Below, in pieces: positions 10,417 to 21,003 of a DNA stretch of 64,000 nucleotides. The DNA comes from a virus, in IMG/VR virus record IMGVR_UViG_3300034374_004935, positions 1 through 64,000 of that record; one strand, written 5' to 3'. A model generated the notes under the pieces. That model saw only the letters and a list, made by a program, of their open reading frames with translations. It did not search any database and was not told the origin of the DNA. Within the stretch, counting starts at the first letter, position 1, and each line of letters starts with the position of its first letter. A program made the position numbers and the translations under genes.

Positions 10417-11357
10417 TAATTACGTTGTTTTAAATCTATTTTAGCTTTAATTCTCATTTTTACTTCTTGATTATCAGGGTTATTTAAATACATAATTGTA
10501 TCTGTTAAATCACCTAACTCTGATCCGTTATCAAGAGTATATCGTTTGTTTCCTTTTCTAATTATAGCTCCTGCTTCAGTAGCCTCTTGTACAAAGATAC
10601 GATCATTATACTGAGGATGAGTGACTATTTCTAAGAAATAATTAGGATCTTTTTCAAGAACATTTAATACTTCATTTTTAAGCCAATCTGTTGTAGCAGT
10701 TGCTGGAATAGTTCGTCCTAAAGATTTTATGAATCCGACGATTGCTTGTTTGCTATTAGTAATCTCTGCGAACTTAACATATGCATCTGCTTTTACATTT
10801 GCTTCTGCTAATTTTTGTACAGTTACTTTATCTTCGTCTACAATCATAAACTCGTATGTTGCTTTTAAAATTCTTTCATCATAAGACGGTGAAACCAACA
10901 TCTTATTAGAAAGAAGAATTAAATACTTCAACATATCTAAAGGACGATTAAGATTTAGAGTAGTTCCTTCTTTAGTTAGAATTACTCTACCTCTTCTATC
11001 TGATCTCCAGAAGTTTTTATCTGTTGGTAAAGTAGGATTTAAATCTACTCCCAACTCTGTTTCAAAGAACTCTTTTTGTGTCATCCCGTTTGGATAACTT
11101 TCCATATACTTTTGAATGCTCACTCTTTTTTGATCATCCAATATTACTTTAACTCCGCCACCTTTAATTTGGCTATTTAATGGTACTTGATAACTTCTTT
11201 TTACTTTGTTATACAAGAAAGGATCTTTCTTTTTATCCTGACCTTTTACAAGTAAGTTATTCCATTTTCCCGATGACTCTACAGGTTTAATAGAAATTAC
11301 TCTATCTTGTAGAAAGCTACCATATGTTATTTTTTCTTTTGCTGCTGTCTTTGCCAT
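10416..11357 (-). CDS. conserved crAss-like protein downstream of major capsid gene
   Basis: 313 aa with FW...LNLxxPxDxLKYxIL motif; synteny with the capsid module. Confidence 0.6.
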   Translation of the reverse strand: MAKTAAKEKITYGSFLQDRVISIKPVESSGKWNNLLVKGQDKKKDPFLYNKVKRSYQVPLNSQIKGGGVKVILDDQKRVSIQKYMESYPNGMTQKEFFETELGVDLNPTLPTDKNFWRSDRRGRVILTKEGTTLNLNRPLDMLKYLILLSNKMLVSPSYDERILKATYEFMIVDEDKVTVQKLAEANVKADAYVKFAEITNSKQAIVGFIKSLGRTIPATATTDWLKNEVLNVLEKDPNYFLEIVTHPQYNDRIFVQEATEAGAIIRKGNKRYTLDNGSELGDLTDTIMYLNNPDNQEVKMRIKAKIDLKQRN

Positions 11358-11393
11358 TTTATTATTATTTGCTGTCTTTTAAATTCTCTTTTT

Positions 11394-11435
11394 AAAAAGA
11401 GCTCCCTAGGCTATCAACTCTAAGGAGCCTTTTTT
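11394..11435. terminator. bidirectional terminator after major capsid gene
   Basis: aaaaagagctccctag...ctaaggagcctttttt hairpin with A/T tracts on both sides. Confidence 0.7.
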
Positions 11436-11467
11436 GTATTCAATTAACCTTATTTATGAACAAGATT

Positions 11468-12979
11468 CTATCTCTCAACTAGTAGTCTTAGATCTACAAC
11501 TTTTGTAGGATCTTCGATCATCATACCTCCCCATTTCTGGAAGTGTACTTCGTATCCGTCTACTCGTGAAGCTACCATTTTAGGACTGTTTTTTCCTCCT
11601 GGAGAGAATGGATCTCTCATACCTGGGATATACGCCCAATTGTAATCTGGAACTCCTTTTGGCTTAACTCGGTAGATACCTGCGTTATCGCCATAATCAA
11701 GTGCTAAAATTCTGTGAGATTCTACGATACCTTTTCCATCTGGATGTCTTTGTGGGAAGTATACATCATCATCGAAGAAATCAAGGATTTCAACCATAAT
11801 AGTAACTCCGTTGTACCACTCATATACATTCCATTGTGGCTCTTGTAAACTCTTAGTGTTTTTACCACCGATTGTTCCTGAAGAAGTATTTCCTAACAAG
11901 AATTTATCAGAAATTACAGTAAACTTACCAGAACCTGATTTTTCGTTAATCTGCTTAGAGATTTCGATAGCTCCGAATTCTCCTGTAAGCAAGTGAATTG
12001 TTCTTTTACCTCTTTCGATTTTACCAACACCCATATCAAGAAGTAATTCAAGATGCCAATCAAGGTCGTAAGTGTTATAATAGTGTACGTTAGAAGGAGC
12101 GATTTGCTCAAAGAAACCTGAACCTGACTCAACTGCATATTTAGTTTTGTCATCTTTGTTCAAGTATTTGTGATCAGATGTCCAGTTTTTCTTACCGTAC
12201 ATCAACATACGAGCAAACATTTCTTCACACTGGTGGTGAGCAACCATATCTTGATAGTTAATCCAGATAGATTCTGTTTGACCTTTGTAGTTAAATCCAA
12301 ACTCAAGAGGTTCGTTTTTACCTTTGTTAATAGTGTTACCAGCTACTTCATATTCCATTCTTAAAGTAGATGGACGGTTTTCCATTCTCCAAGGAGATGT
12401 GAAGTAAGGTTTAGAACCTTGGTAAGAAAGTGTAGATGGAGCAAGTGAGTAGAATTTAGACCAACGTGTACCAATTGCTAATTCCTCAGAAGGAATAGAT
12501 TTAGTAGGATTGTCAGTAACTAATTCAACTTCAAACTTAAATCGAGATCCTGCATCCATAGCTTTTTTAACTAATAGATGATAATCATCAACTTCACCAC
12601 GAAGAACGTTAGTTTCTTCAAATAAAGCTTCGTCGAAGATTAAATAGAATCGCTCTCCGTTTGCTCCTACGTTAGCAGGAAAGTTTCCTCCTGAGATAGA
12701 TGCTCCTGAAATAGTTTCAGCATCAACCAAAGGAAGGTTTTTGTCGTGTTGTCCTTGCAACATCCAGTTGTAGAATCCGTTCTCTTGTTCCACTTCTTTA
12801 ACAGGGAACCGATCACAGAACTCACGCAATTTACCTTGTAAATTAGTTTTGTAAATCTCACGAATTACATTACTAATCAATTGAGGCTTTTGTTGGTACA
12901 AAGCATGGAAATGGTTGTCAGTGACAAGACCATTGTAATCTTTAGCTTCATACTTTTGTAATGGAAGTAATTGTGCCAT
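11468..12979 (-). CDS. major capsid protein (crAss-like)
   Basis: 503 aa, second gene after the portal; GLVTDNH N-terminus, GSGFFEQI, TGEFG and G+RDPF motifs of crAss-like capsid proteins; followed by a terminator. Confidence 0.85.
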   Translation of the reverse strand: MAQLLPLQKYEAKDYNGLVTDNHFHALYQQKPQLISNVIREIYKTNLQGKLREFCDRFPVKEVEQENGFYNWMLQGQHDKNLPLVDAETISGASISGGNFPANVGANGERFYLIFDEALFEETNVLRGEVDDYHLLVKKAMDAGSRFKFEVELVTDNPTKSIPSEELAIGTRWSKFYSLAPSTLSYQGSKPYFTSPWRMENRPSTLRMEYEVAGNTINKGKNEPLEFGFNYKGQTESIWINYQDMVAHHQCEEMFARMLMYGKKNWTSDHKYLNKDDKTKYAVESGSGFFEQIAPSNVHYYNTYDLDWHLELLLDMGVGKIERGKRTIHLLTGEFGAIEISKQINEKSGSGKFTVISDKFLLGNTSSGTIGGKNTKSLQEPQWNVYEWYNGVTIMVEILDFFDDDVYFPQRHPDGKGIVESHRILALDYGDNAGIYRVKPKGVPDYNWAYIPGMRDPFSPGGKNSPKMVASRVDGYEVHFQKWGGMMIEDPTKVVDLRLLVER

Positions 12980-13017
12980 TTTTGATTTGTATTATTTGTT
13001 AACGGTATAAATTTATT

Positions 13018-14175
13018 TTACTTTTTCATTGCTCTATCGAGCATATCTAATATATTACTTGTTTTCTGAGAAGTTTCTACGGAAGTATTTTTACCTACGT
13101 TTCTATCTTCTGATGCAATTATTTTATCTAATTCATTAATTGCTTTTGTTTTAGCTACTTGTTTTAGTTTAGAAATATCAGGTTTAAACTTACCTTCTTT
13201 ATCTAAATTAAACAGTCCTAAAGTATCATAGTAATTTATAAGCATTTCAAACTCTACTGGGTTTCTAGTTTGCTTATACATTAAACTATTATATTCTCTT
13301 CCTGTCTTATTATCTTTATAAACAGGGTTTAGAATATTCTGCTTAATTTTTTCCTTACTTATTTTATTAAGGTTGATACCATCTATAAAAGAACTTCTTT
13401 GATCTATATTATTAATTAAAGATTCAAAAGCTTTATTTTGTTCTTCTATTTGTTTCTTAGTTCTTGCTGCTTTATATTCTTTAGCTTCTGTAACTACTGC
13501 ATTAGCTTGGTTCTTTAACTCAGGTACTGCTTTAAGTGCTTTGTCTTGTAGCTTACCAACTTCTATTGCATCTTGCACTGCTTCAGCTGCTTCTTCATTA
13601 GAAAAATTCTTTGACTTTAAAAGATCGTAGTAAATCTCTTTTTGTAGATTTTCATCTTCTTTAATTGATTGCTCTGTTACAGAGTCAAAAAATTCTAACC
13701 TTTGTGCCATTATAATAGCTTGGTCAGTCTCATCAAATGCATCTTCAATTTCTAAGAATCTTTTTTTAGCAGCAGGCATGTTAGCTTTCCACTGTTCTTC
13801 AGCTGCTTTAAAATTAGTTTGAACCGTTTTAGTCATTAACTCTTTAATAGTATCTAATGACCCTTCTAATTCATCTAATTTATCAGCTTCTGCACTAGTG
13901 ATAATATTTGCATCAACTAATTCTTTAATCAATCCTTTATAAATTTCTTCACTCCTCTCGCTTGAGGCAGCGGTTTTAGACTCAGTTTGATTGTCAGTGT
14001 TTTCATAAGCACCTTCACCTTCTTCTGATTCTACAGGTTGAAACATTTCTGAGTTCTCCTCCTCAGTTTTTGTTTCTTCTTTTTCTTCGCTTTCTTCAGA
14101 CTCCACGACTGAATTAAGCTCTTCTGGTGACATTATTTGAAGTCCTTCAAATAGATCATCTTTTTCTTCACTCAT
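13018..14175 (-). CDS. putative scaffolding protein
   Basis: Very acidic N-terminus and coiled-coil character; located between portal and capsid genes. Confidence 0.6.
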   Translation of the reverse strand: MSEEKDDLFEGLQIMSPEELNSVVESEESEEKEETKTEEENSEMFQPVESEEGEGAYENTDNQTESKTAASSERSEEIYKGLIKELVDANIITSAEADKLDELEGSLDTIKELMTKTVQTNFKAAEEQWKANMPAAKKRFLEIEDAFDETDQAIIMAQRLEFFDSVTEQSIKEDENLQKEIYYDLLKSKNFSNEEAAEAVQDAIEVGKLQDKALKAVPELKNQANAVVTEAKEYKAARTKKQIEEQNKAFESLINNIDQRSSFIDGINLNKISKEKIKQNILNPVYKDNKTGREYNSLMYKQTRNPVEFEMLINYYDTLGLFNLDKEGKFKPDISKLKQVAKTKAINELDKIIASEDRNVGKNTSVETSQKTSNILDMLDRAMKK

Positions 14176-14265
14176 AATTGCTGTCTTTATTTGGTTACAA
14201 TATTAAAATTATTTTTATAATTAAACTCGATTATATTTATAGCTTTGTTCTATAGTGCTATAGCT

Positions 14266-16716
14266 TTATTTGTTTTTGATTGCTTTAGTTCTTTGCTTTT
14301 CTAGCTTCATTTTTTCTTTAGCAATTTCTTCTTTAGCTTGATTACTTCGAATAGTCTCGTCTAATTTAGCTTGATCTAGTTGTGTTTTTTGATCATTCCT
14401 TTTCTCTTCAACTTCTGTTCGTCGTAAATCTAATTCGTCAGCAATACCGTTACCGTCAGAATCTAATAAACCTGATTCTGTACGATAATTATTATTAGCT
14501 TCTCTCATAGCTGCTATTTGTATATCTGCTTGAATCTTTTCTCTCTTAACAGCTATATCATCATCATGCTTCTTAATTTCGAATTCTCTTTCAGCTTCTG
14601 CTTGTTGTGCTTGAGCTTGTTGCATTTCTTGTTGTTGTTGCATTTGTTGCTCTTGCATTTTATTATTTTCTTCTCTAATTCTTTCTGCAGAATTTTGAAG
14701 TTTTTTAGCAATATCTTGTACAGAGTCAGATTGCGATATAGCTACTAAATCCGAAATAGTTGCTTGACCATTTTGAATAGCTGCTTGAGATAACGCTCTA
14801 ATGTCGTTATACAATTGCGTATCATTGCTAGAATTAGAAAGATGTAAATCATACTCTGTAGAGGCAAACTCATCGAAATGAGTAATAAATTGCTGACTAA
14901 GGTCATCAAGTAAGAATTGCCCTTTTTGAGGATTAGTTTTATATGCATATTTACAACATTCTAAAAATTTAGTTAATGCTCTTTTTCTAAAGTTTTGGTC
15001 TATAGCAAACCATTTTTCTGTAATGTGAGATGTCTGTGCAACTTCTCTTTCAACATTGCCTACTGCTTCTCTATTTTGTATTTGTCCTTCCCGTGCTCCA
15101 GAAACACCAGCTAGCTTGCCTAGTGTATTTTCTATGTCGACTAGTAAATTAGTATACATGCCTATTGCATTAGGATCTCCTATATTAACTTGTTGCGCAG
15201 TAAGCTGATTAAATTGTCCTGCAGACTTACCTTGGGCAGGGCCTTTAAGGATTTCATTAGTAGGATCTAACCAAGCAAACTTATTTACAGTTACGTATCT
15301 CATCCACTCTTTTGGATCCCATCCTGAGGGTACAAGTGCAGAGTTAATAGCAGTAAAGGACCCCTTATACGTGGCAATTTCGAGCTCTCTTTTGTAGTAA
15401 GCTATGTCATAAGAATAAGCGAGAGGTTTCATAACGTCCATAAGAGATTGGACTTTATAATCGTTTGTGGAATTAACAGAGCCAATATATGGTGGGGTCC
15501 CTTTAGATTTATTTACTAATGATTTGCTAGCAAATGGTACAGGACGCATTACTGTGTAAATGTGGTCAGCTATCTTAGTTCCTTCTAACCATTCGTTTAC
15601 CCATATCCATTTTACTTTTTCTCCAAGTTCTTTATTGGGTCTGTAGTCTTCAGGAACCCAATCTTTTTGCTCCACACCTTCTTCATCAAAATAAGTTAGC
15701 TCTCCAATCTTACGTCTAGAACGCCAACATACTTTCATAACCCTTACATTGCCGTATGTATCAAATGCACCTGCAAAAGTTCTAACACCTGCTTCATTAG
15801 GATGAAATATATCTAATGCTCCAGCTTCTCCATAGAAATCAAATATTGATATATCTCTATTTAAGCCAACACCTCCACCACCATCCATAGCAGTGTCTAC
15901 TTTTCCTTTTTCTAGGAAGTCTATATCTTTTGGTTTAAGAGTATCCCAATAATCATCGATTACTTGGCCTACAGATTTGTATCCGTATTCTACAATAATA
16001 TCTGCATCTTCAATATACATAGAGCTGCCGCCAAGAGTATATAAGTTCATTGGATTTACTCGTCGCATTACAGGTTCTCCTCCTAATACACCGCAATATA
16101 CTATTTCTTCACCTGCTGTAAGTAAGTCTTCAAATGTTCTTAAGAATTCAAAATCAAAGTTTTGTTCTTTGTATTCTTTTTTTAAGATTTTATTAGCTAC
16201 GATTTCACTTATATCTTGGAACTCGTAATTTTTATATCTTTCAAGATTTTGTAATCTTTTTTGTATTTCTTCTTCGGAAATAGATTCCATCTGGATGATT
16301 CCCATCATCTCTTGTTTAATCTGTTCCATTAAAATTTGCTCTTTTCTAGAAATACCTTCTTGATCGCCTGAAGAAATATAAGCTTTAAACTCTTTCTTAC
16401 GCTTTGCGTATTCTCCTAATAATAAATTAATTTTTGTGTTTTCAATACCGATGTGTTGAAAAGTCGCAGGCAGTGAATCGAGATCTAAATTATCAGGATT
16501 AATAAATTTTTCAAAATCTCTAGGAGAGATTACATTAGAACGTAGATTATAATTAATACGTTTATTTCTAAAACTGTTTCTAAGATTGACATCAGATGTT
16601 AAAAGATGTTCTGCGAAGTCTATATTCTTTTTATACCACTTATCTGTCTTTTGTGTATCAGATAATTTTTGTCGTGGAAAATTTATATAACCTTGATTAT
16701 CTAGAGCGTCGGCCAT
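14266..16716 (-). CDS. portal protein
   Basis: 816 aa directly after TerL; FPRQKL..K...W start, KINLLLGE, LAGVSxAREGQI motifs and Gln-rich coiled-coil C-terminus typical of crAss-like portals. Confidence 0.88.
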   Translation of the reverse strand: MADALDNQGYINFPRQKLSDTQKTDKWYKKNIDFAEHLLTSDVNLRNSFRNKRINYNLRSNVISPRDFEKFINPDNLDLDSLPATFQHIGIENTKINLLLGEYAKRKKEFKAYISSGDQEGISRKEQILMEQIKQEMMGIIQMESISEEEIQKRLQNLERYKNYEFQDISEIVANKILKKEYKEQNFDFEFLRTFEDLLTAGEEIVYCGVLGGEPVMRRVNPMNLYTLGGSSMYIEDADIIVEYGYKSVGQVIDDYWDTLKPKDIDFLEKGKVDTAMDGGGGVGLNRDISIFDFYGEAGALDIFHPNEAGVRTFAGAFDTYGNVRVMKVCWRSRRKIGELTYFDEEGVEQKDWVPEDYRPNKELGEKVKWIWVNEWLEGTKIADHIYTVMRPVPFASKSLVNKSKGTPPYIGSVNSTNDYKVQSLMDVMKPLAYSYDIAYYKRELEIATYKGSFTAINSALVPSGWDPKEWMRYVTVNKFAWLDPTNEILKGPAQGKSAGQFNQLTAQQVNIGDPNAIGMYTNLLVDIENTLGKLAGVSGAREGQIQNREAVGNVEREVAQTSHITEKWFAIDQNFRKRALTKFLECCKYAYKTNPQKGQFLLDDLSQQFITHFDEFASTEYDLHLSNSSNDTQLYNDIRALSQAAIQNGQATISDLVAISQSDSVQDIAKKLQNSAERIREENNKMQEQQMQQQQEMQQAQAQQAEAEREFEIKKHDDDIAVKREKIQADIQIAAMREANNNYRTESGLLDSDGNGIADELDLRRTEVEEKRNDQKTQLDQAKLDETIRSNQAKEEIAKEKMKLEKQRTKAIKNK

Positions 16717-16740
16717 AATAATAATTATTTTCTATTTTTA

Positions 16741-16748
16741 CAAATCTA
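16741..16748 (-). promoter_or_regulatory. Bacteroidota-type -7 box (TAGATTTG) upstream of portal
   Basis: Matches the TAnnTTTG consensus 25 bp upstream of the ATG and overlaps the TerL stop codon. Confidence 0.45.
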
Positions 16749-18917
16749 TGAATAAAAATTTGAATCTATAGTTCCAGTAGGTTTCTTTTTTAAAACGCCC
16801 ATCTGAGAAAAATAATCATTATCTAGAAATGTTTTAACTTCTTCTACACGTTTTTCTGTCTGTTTATACATAGTAGAATCTAACCACATAAGCATTATTA
16901 ACGCAGATACTCTATCAAAGTTGCCTTGTGGGTTCCACATAACTAGCTCTGTTAAAAGTGCAGGAGAATATATAGTTTCGTAAATTTTAGTTTCTGAATT
17001 AATCGACGTAGTTTCTTGTAACCAAGACTTAACCATATTACGTCCTTCTGAGTTAACAGTTGCTGATGCGTTAATTCCTTTAGATGTGTTACCAGTTTGT
17101 TTATATGTATCAGAAGACCGCAATTGATAAGGCGTGTCTGCAAGTAAATATGTGCACTTATGGCGATCAAAGTAATTAAATAAACCGATAAGGTTTTTCT
17201 CATACATACCTATAGCGTTATAATATAACAGAAGTTTTCTACAGATTTCATAAAAATCTTTTGCTTCAGAAGTTCTACCTGTATATTCTGCTACAAGTTG
17301 TCTTGTTAATCTATTCATTATAAATATAGACGGAAGAGAGTCAGTAGTAGACTTATCTTTATCTACAACGTCTATTCCTGCTATGTATACATTTCTAGGA
17401 ACTACGCCCTCATCATTTTTTTGAGGCTTTACCCATATTTCTACGCATCCTCGCTTATCGTCATTACGTTGCAATGGGAATTTTCTTATTGGTTTTAGAT
17501 CCTGAATGGTACTAAACTCTACTTCGTTTCTATCGTTAAATGATAATATACCTTTAAAACTTGCATCTTGGAACTTAGCATATTTACCTCCTTCAACTTC
17601 TGCTAGCTGCTCTTTTAATTGTAGTGTTGGGAAAAATGCTCCTTCTAAAATTAAGAAAGCTTCCGACGGCAACATCGGTCCGTTAATTATTTCAGTTTGG
17701 TATACTGTTGGATCAGGAGACTTTTTAGCTACGTCTCTTTTACTTTCTATAAATACTCTAGACAGCTCTTCATTAGTAATAAGGTTAGGGCCTTTTTTAA
17801 ATTCATTGAGTGTTAGAGAGTATGGTACAAAGTATCCTATAGTTCCTCTATTTTCAAATATGTCCTCAAACTCTACGCAATTGTAATCATGAGGATTTCT
17901 AAATATAGTTTCTGCGTATAGTGCAGCTTTTCCAGATACTAATCCTCCTGTCCCTAGGGCCCATATTACAAGATTCTTTTTTGCTTTAGATGCTTGTGTT
18001 GCTTCAATTGCTCCCCAAGATTCTTTTATATTATACATGAAACCAACCTCATCTAGTGCTACTAAGTTAGGCCGTGTTCCGTTAGCTGCTAGCGGGTTAT
18101 CTTTAAATGTACGATGTCGCATCACAGAGCCTGTTCTTGTAGTTGCTTCTCTGTTAGCCATAAAAGAACCTGTGTGAGATATTGATAGTGGCGACGGATA
18201 ATATTCGTCTCCTAGTTGAAAATCTCCCGCTAATAAATCTAATGCAGTTGTAACTTTTTTCATAAGAGGTATCGAATACTTAGTATCAATAGCCCCAATA
18301 ATTGTATCAGATGCTAAAAAGTTTTTAGTTTTCTTTCTAGCTAAATAATCGTTATAATCTGTAGCCCCATCAAATAAAAAATTATGGTTGGCTATCCCCG
18401 ATGTCGAATAACTCTTACCAGATCCCCGTGCCTGGATACTTATAAAGTGTTTTGCAGAATTTTTATACAGAGGCTTTCCTAGATTCTTACCGTGGTTCTT
18501 TCTAAGATATTCTCGTGCAGGTACGTATTCTAGTTTCTTTAATTCTTCTTTAGTTATACGTTGTAGCTTAAGAGCTAATTCTTTTTCAGGACCGTATTTA
18601 CGATCACATGTATATTTCTTGTCATTAGTAAAGCCTGAGAATCCTCGGCATTCTTCGTAGATTAAAAATAGTTCCCAATCTATATCACGTAAGAACGGTA
18701 AGCCAAATGCTTGCGATACAGATGAATCATCTTCAAATTGTATGTTATGGAAATTTATGTAATAGTATAGCGGCCCAGGCATCCATTTGCCTTGTTGCCA
18801 ATATCCTTCTATACATTTACGTTTTTCTTCTTTCCAAAATGAAAGTCTCTCATAATGTTCTAGTATAGGATGGAATTGTGGTATCTCATCTAATCTAAAG
18901 TTCTTATTGTTTATCAT
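16746..18917 (-). CDS. terL: terminase large subunit
   Basis: Walker A ARGSGKS, Walker B VALDEVG, coupling motif GTGG, RNase H-like AGIDVVD and NFDRVSAL. Confidence 0.92.
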   Translation of the reverse strand: MINNKNFRLDEIPQFHPILEHYERLSFWKEEKRKCIEGYWQQGKWMPGPLYYYINFHNIQFEDDSSVSQAFGLPFLRDIDWELFLIYEECRGFSGFTNDKKYTCDRKYGPEKELALKLQRITKEELKKLEYVPAREYLRKNHGKNLGKPLYKNSAKHFISIQARGSGKSYSTSGIANHNFLFDGATDYNDYLARKKTKNFLASDTIIGAIDTKYSIPLMKKVTTALDLLAGDFQLGDEYYPSPLSISHTGSFMANREATTRTGSVMRHRTFKDNPLAANGTRPNLVALDEVGFMYNIKESWGAIEATQASKAKKNLVIWALGTGGLVSGKAALYAETIFRNPHDYNCVEFEDIFENRGTIGYFVPYSLTLNEFKKGPNLITNEELSRVFIESKRDVAKKSPDPTVYQTEIINGPMLPSEAFLILEGAFFPTLQLKEQLAEVEGGKYAKFQDASFKGILSFNDRNEVEFSTIQDLKPIRKFPLQRNDDKRGCVEIWVKPQKNDEGVVPRNVYIAGIDVVDKDKSTTDSLPSIFIMNRLTRQLVAEYTGRTSEAKDFYEICRKLLLYYNAIGMYEKNLIGLFNYFDRHKCTYLLADTPYQLRSSDTYKQTGNTSKGINASATVNSEGRNMVKSWLQETTSINSETKIYETIYSPALLTELVMWNPQGNFDRVSALIMLMWLDSTMYKQTEKRVEEVKTFLDNDYFSQMGVLKKKPTGTIDSNFYS

Positions 18918-19158
18918 TTAATGCTGGCCATTTATCTATTGGACAAGAAGATTCTAATGAGCGTGTTTTAAATTTTAAAGAACATCCACAGATTGAACAA
19001 CAAGAAGAAATAAGAGCTGCACAGTTTGTAGACTTATGTTCACAGTCTGAGCAGATAGTATTTCTAGCCTCAGCTACTTCTTCTATAAATTCATTTTTTA
19101 ATATCAGGTTTTTAATTCCTGATAATATTTTTTGTTTATTTTCCCAAATGTTATCCAT
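18904..19158 (-). CDS. Cys-rich Zn-finger protein
   Basis: RxxICxDC...C...CSICGCxLxxKTR...CPxxKW. Confidence 0.7.
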   Translation of the reverse strand: MDNIWENKQKILSGIKNLILKNEFIEEVAEARNTICSDCEHKSTNCAALISSCCSICGCSLKFKTRSLESSCPIDKWPALNDKQ

Positions 19159-19160
19159 AA

Positions 19161-19697
19161 CTATATTTCTCCTGATTCAGTTAAAGATACTATATTCTTT
19201 CCTTTCTTGGTTATTTTTTCTTCTTCGTAATCTTTTTTAATCTTTTTATAATCATCAAATAACTTAGCTGTATTAGCCAACATAGTATCTATTTCTTTTA
19301 AAATTTTTGTGTCGACTTCTGCTATATGTTGTACATCTAAAGCTTGTTTGTATAGTTTCTTTAGTGACTTATCTCTCATCGTCATTATTTCGTTCCAATT
19401 AACTAATGCTCGCTCTGCATCTGAAAGGACCATAGATTTGTATAAGTCTACTACGTCAGTCACATCTTCCCATTTAAATTTGGGATCTTTAAGAAAATCT
19501 TTTTTAATTATATCTAACTTATCAGGTATATTAAAAAACTTTGATTCAGGATTGTGTGCAAAGTCAATAGCCCACATTAATCGTGAGCTATTAGATTTAG
19601 ACTTAGATTTATCTTTTGTATATATTTCATTAAACTCTTTAATGATTTTTAACTCAGGATACATGTCCCAGAAATTATTTTCGTATAGTGCTTTCAT
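19161..19697 (-). CDS. hypothetical protein (terminase small subunit candidate)
   Basis: 178-aa helical protein just upstream of TerL; function is a positional inference. Confidence 0.45.
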   Translation of the reverse strand: MKALYENNFWDMYPELKIIKEFNEIYTKDKSKSKSNSSRLMWAIDFAHNPESKFFNIPDKLDIIKKDFLKDPKFKWEDVTDVVDLYKSMVLSDAERALVNWNEIMTMRDKSLKKLYKQALDVQHIAEVDTKILKEIDTMLANTAKLFDDYKKIKKDYEEEKITKKGKNIVSLTESGEI

Positions 19698-19872
19698 AAT
19701 TTAATTTCTTAAGCTTTTCCCACATCTCGTTATAAGGAACTTCAGAATGATATTCTCTACTTCCTAAAATTATAATAGAACTTCCATTATGATGTTTAGC
19801 TAATGCATCTATTTTATAGAAAGTCACTAACATTAATTTATTGTCTACAACTACTTCAAGTGTTAGATTCAT
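19675..19872 (-). CDS. hypothetical protein
   Basis: 65-aa ORF overlapping both neighbours. Confidence 0.55.
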   Translation of the reverse strand: MNLTLEVVVDNKLMLVTFYKIDALAKHHNGSSIIILGSREYHSEVPYNEMWEKLKKLNYESTIRK

Positions 19873-20140
19873 TTTGTTTCTTTTTTATGCAATAGTTTGC
19901 ATGATTTATTTTTCTTTTATTAGGAACAAACTTTCCAAAGTTATCTATGTGTATTATAGGAAACTTGTTCTCATCAAATAATCCTTCTGTCTTATGATCG
20001 CTACTAATTACCTCTGATATTTTAGAACCTAATAAGTTCCATATTTCTTCTGCCTGGGAAACTTTTATACCGTGAGCAGCTGCTATCTTTTTTAAAATCT
20101 CTTTTTGTTTATTCATCAGGGATCTCGATAGTAAAATCAA
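19856..20140 (-). CDS. HU/IHF-like DNA-binding protein (likely start MNKQ at 20116)
   Basis: EILKKIAxxHGI...A..I...IHIDNFGKF pattern of HU/IHF; crAss-like phages encode IHF-like genes near TerL. Confidence 0.7.
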   Translation of the reverse strand: MILLSRSLMNKQKEILKKIAAAHGIKVSQAEEIWNLLGSKISEVISSDHKTEGLFDENKFPIIHIDNFGKFVPNKRKINHANYCIKKKQNESNT

Positions 20141-20675
20141 ATTCTTGTTCTTCCACTACAGGTGCTTTAGAAGCATCATGTTTATATTCTTTAGGAGGCT
20201 TTACCTCTTCTTTCTTTTCTTTTTCTTTAATAACAGGCTTTTCTTCTTTAGGAGGATTAGCAGTCATAACTAAATTCACTTCAATTCGATAGCCATCAGT
20301 ATCAGGTTTATATCTCAGCTCAGGATGTAATATGTTTTTATCGTCTATTAACGGCTTATTAAACATAGTCTTCTTTCTAAGCTTAGATATGATTACATTA
20401 AATTGTTTTTCAGCAATGCCCAAATCTTCTCTGATCTCTTTACGTACATCAGTAGACAAAATAAACTTAGCTCGTTTCTCTTCAGGCAGTGCTTCGTATT
20501 CGTTATTTAAACTTATCAGTTCAGCTAATACATCTCGCTCCTGGGGAGTAAGTCCAAGCATAAAATTCATAAACGCCAATATCTGACGATATATAATTTT
20601 ATTATTTGTCGGTAATGATAGGACCTTTCGTTGCTTCATGAATAATTGTTTTCTGCATTTCTTTATCAGTAGCAA
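20109..20675 (-). CDS. winged-helix-like DNA-binding protein (likely start MKQRK at 20640)
   Basis: LTPQERDVLAEL...RKEIREDLGIAEKQFNVIISKLRKK HTH-like pattern. Confidence 0.55.
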   Translation of the reverse strand: MLLIKKCRKQLFMKQRKVLSLPTNNKIIYRQILAFMNFMLGLTPQERDVLAELISLNNEYEALPEEKRAKFILSTDVRKEIREDLGIAEKQFNVIISKLRKKTMFNKPLIDDKNILHPELRYKPDTDGYRIEVNLVMTANPPKEEKPVIKEKEKKEEVKPPKEYKHDASKAPVVEEQEFDFTIEIPDE

Positions 20676-21003
20676 GCATCTTAGCTACTTCATACCAAGT
20701 AATAAGCGCTCCCTGTGTAAGAGTAGCAAGTACTTCTATAATTGCATGGTACTCCATAGTCTTTGCATCTATGTTATTTGGTCTAGGTAATCTAAACTGT
20801 TGTACAGTTCTTTCACCGTGACCGAGTTCAGCAACTATGATGTCTACATGCCATGCTTTAAATATATGTTTTTCTTCTTTTATTTCTTCAGGATATGACT
20901 TATACTTAAACGTAAGTCCTGAAGCTGTAGATTTTTCTGATGCTACTACAAAAGCTGTAGCTAATAATTCTTTAGCTACTTTTAATTTCTCTGCTGTCTT
21001 CAT
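20602..21003 (-). CDS. hypothetical protein
   Basis: 133-aa ORF in the contiguous operon. Confidence 0.6.
   Translation of the reverse strand: MKTAEKLKVAKELLATAFVVASEKSTASGLTFKYKSYPEEIKEEKHIFKAWHVDIIVAELGHGERTVQQFRLPRPNNIDAKTMEYHAIIEVLATLTQGALITWYEVAKMLATDKEMQKTIIHEATKGPIITDK

Noticed and set aside
14440-14470. DSDGNGIADE calcium-binding-like motif in the portal tail
   Set aside because: Single short motif in a low-complexity tail; not enough to claim a function.
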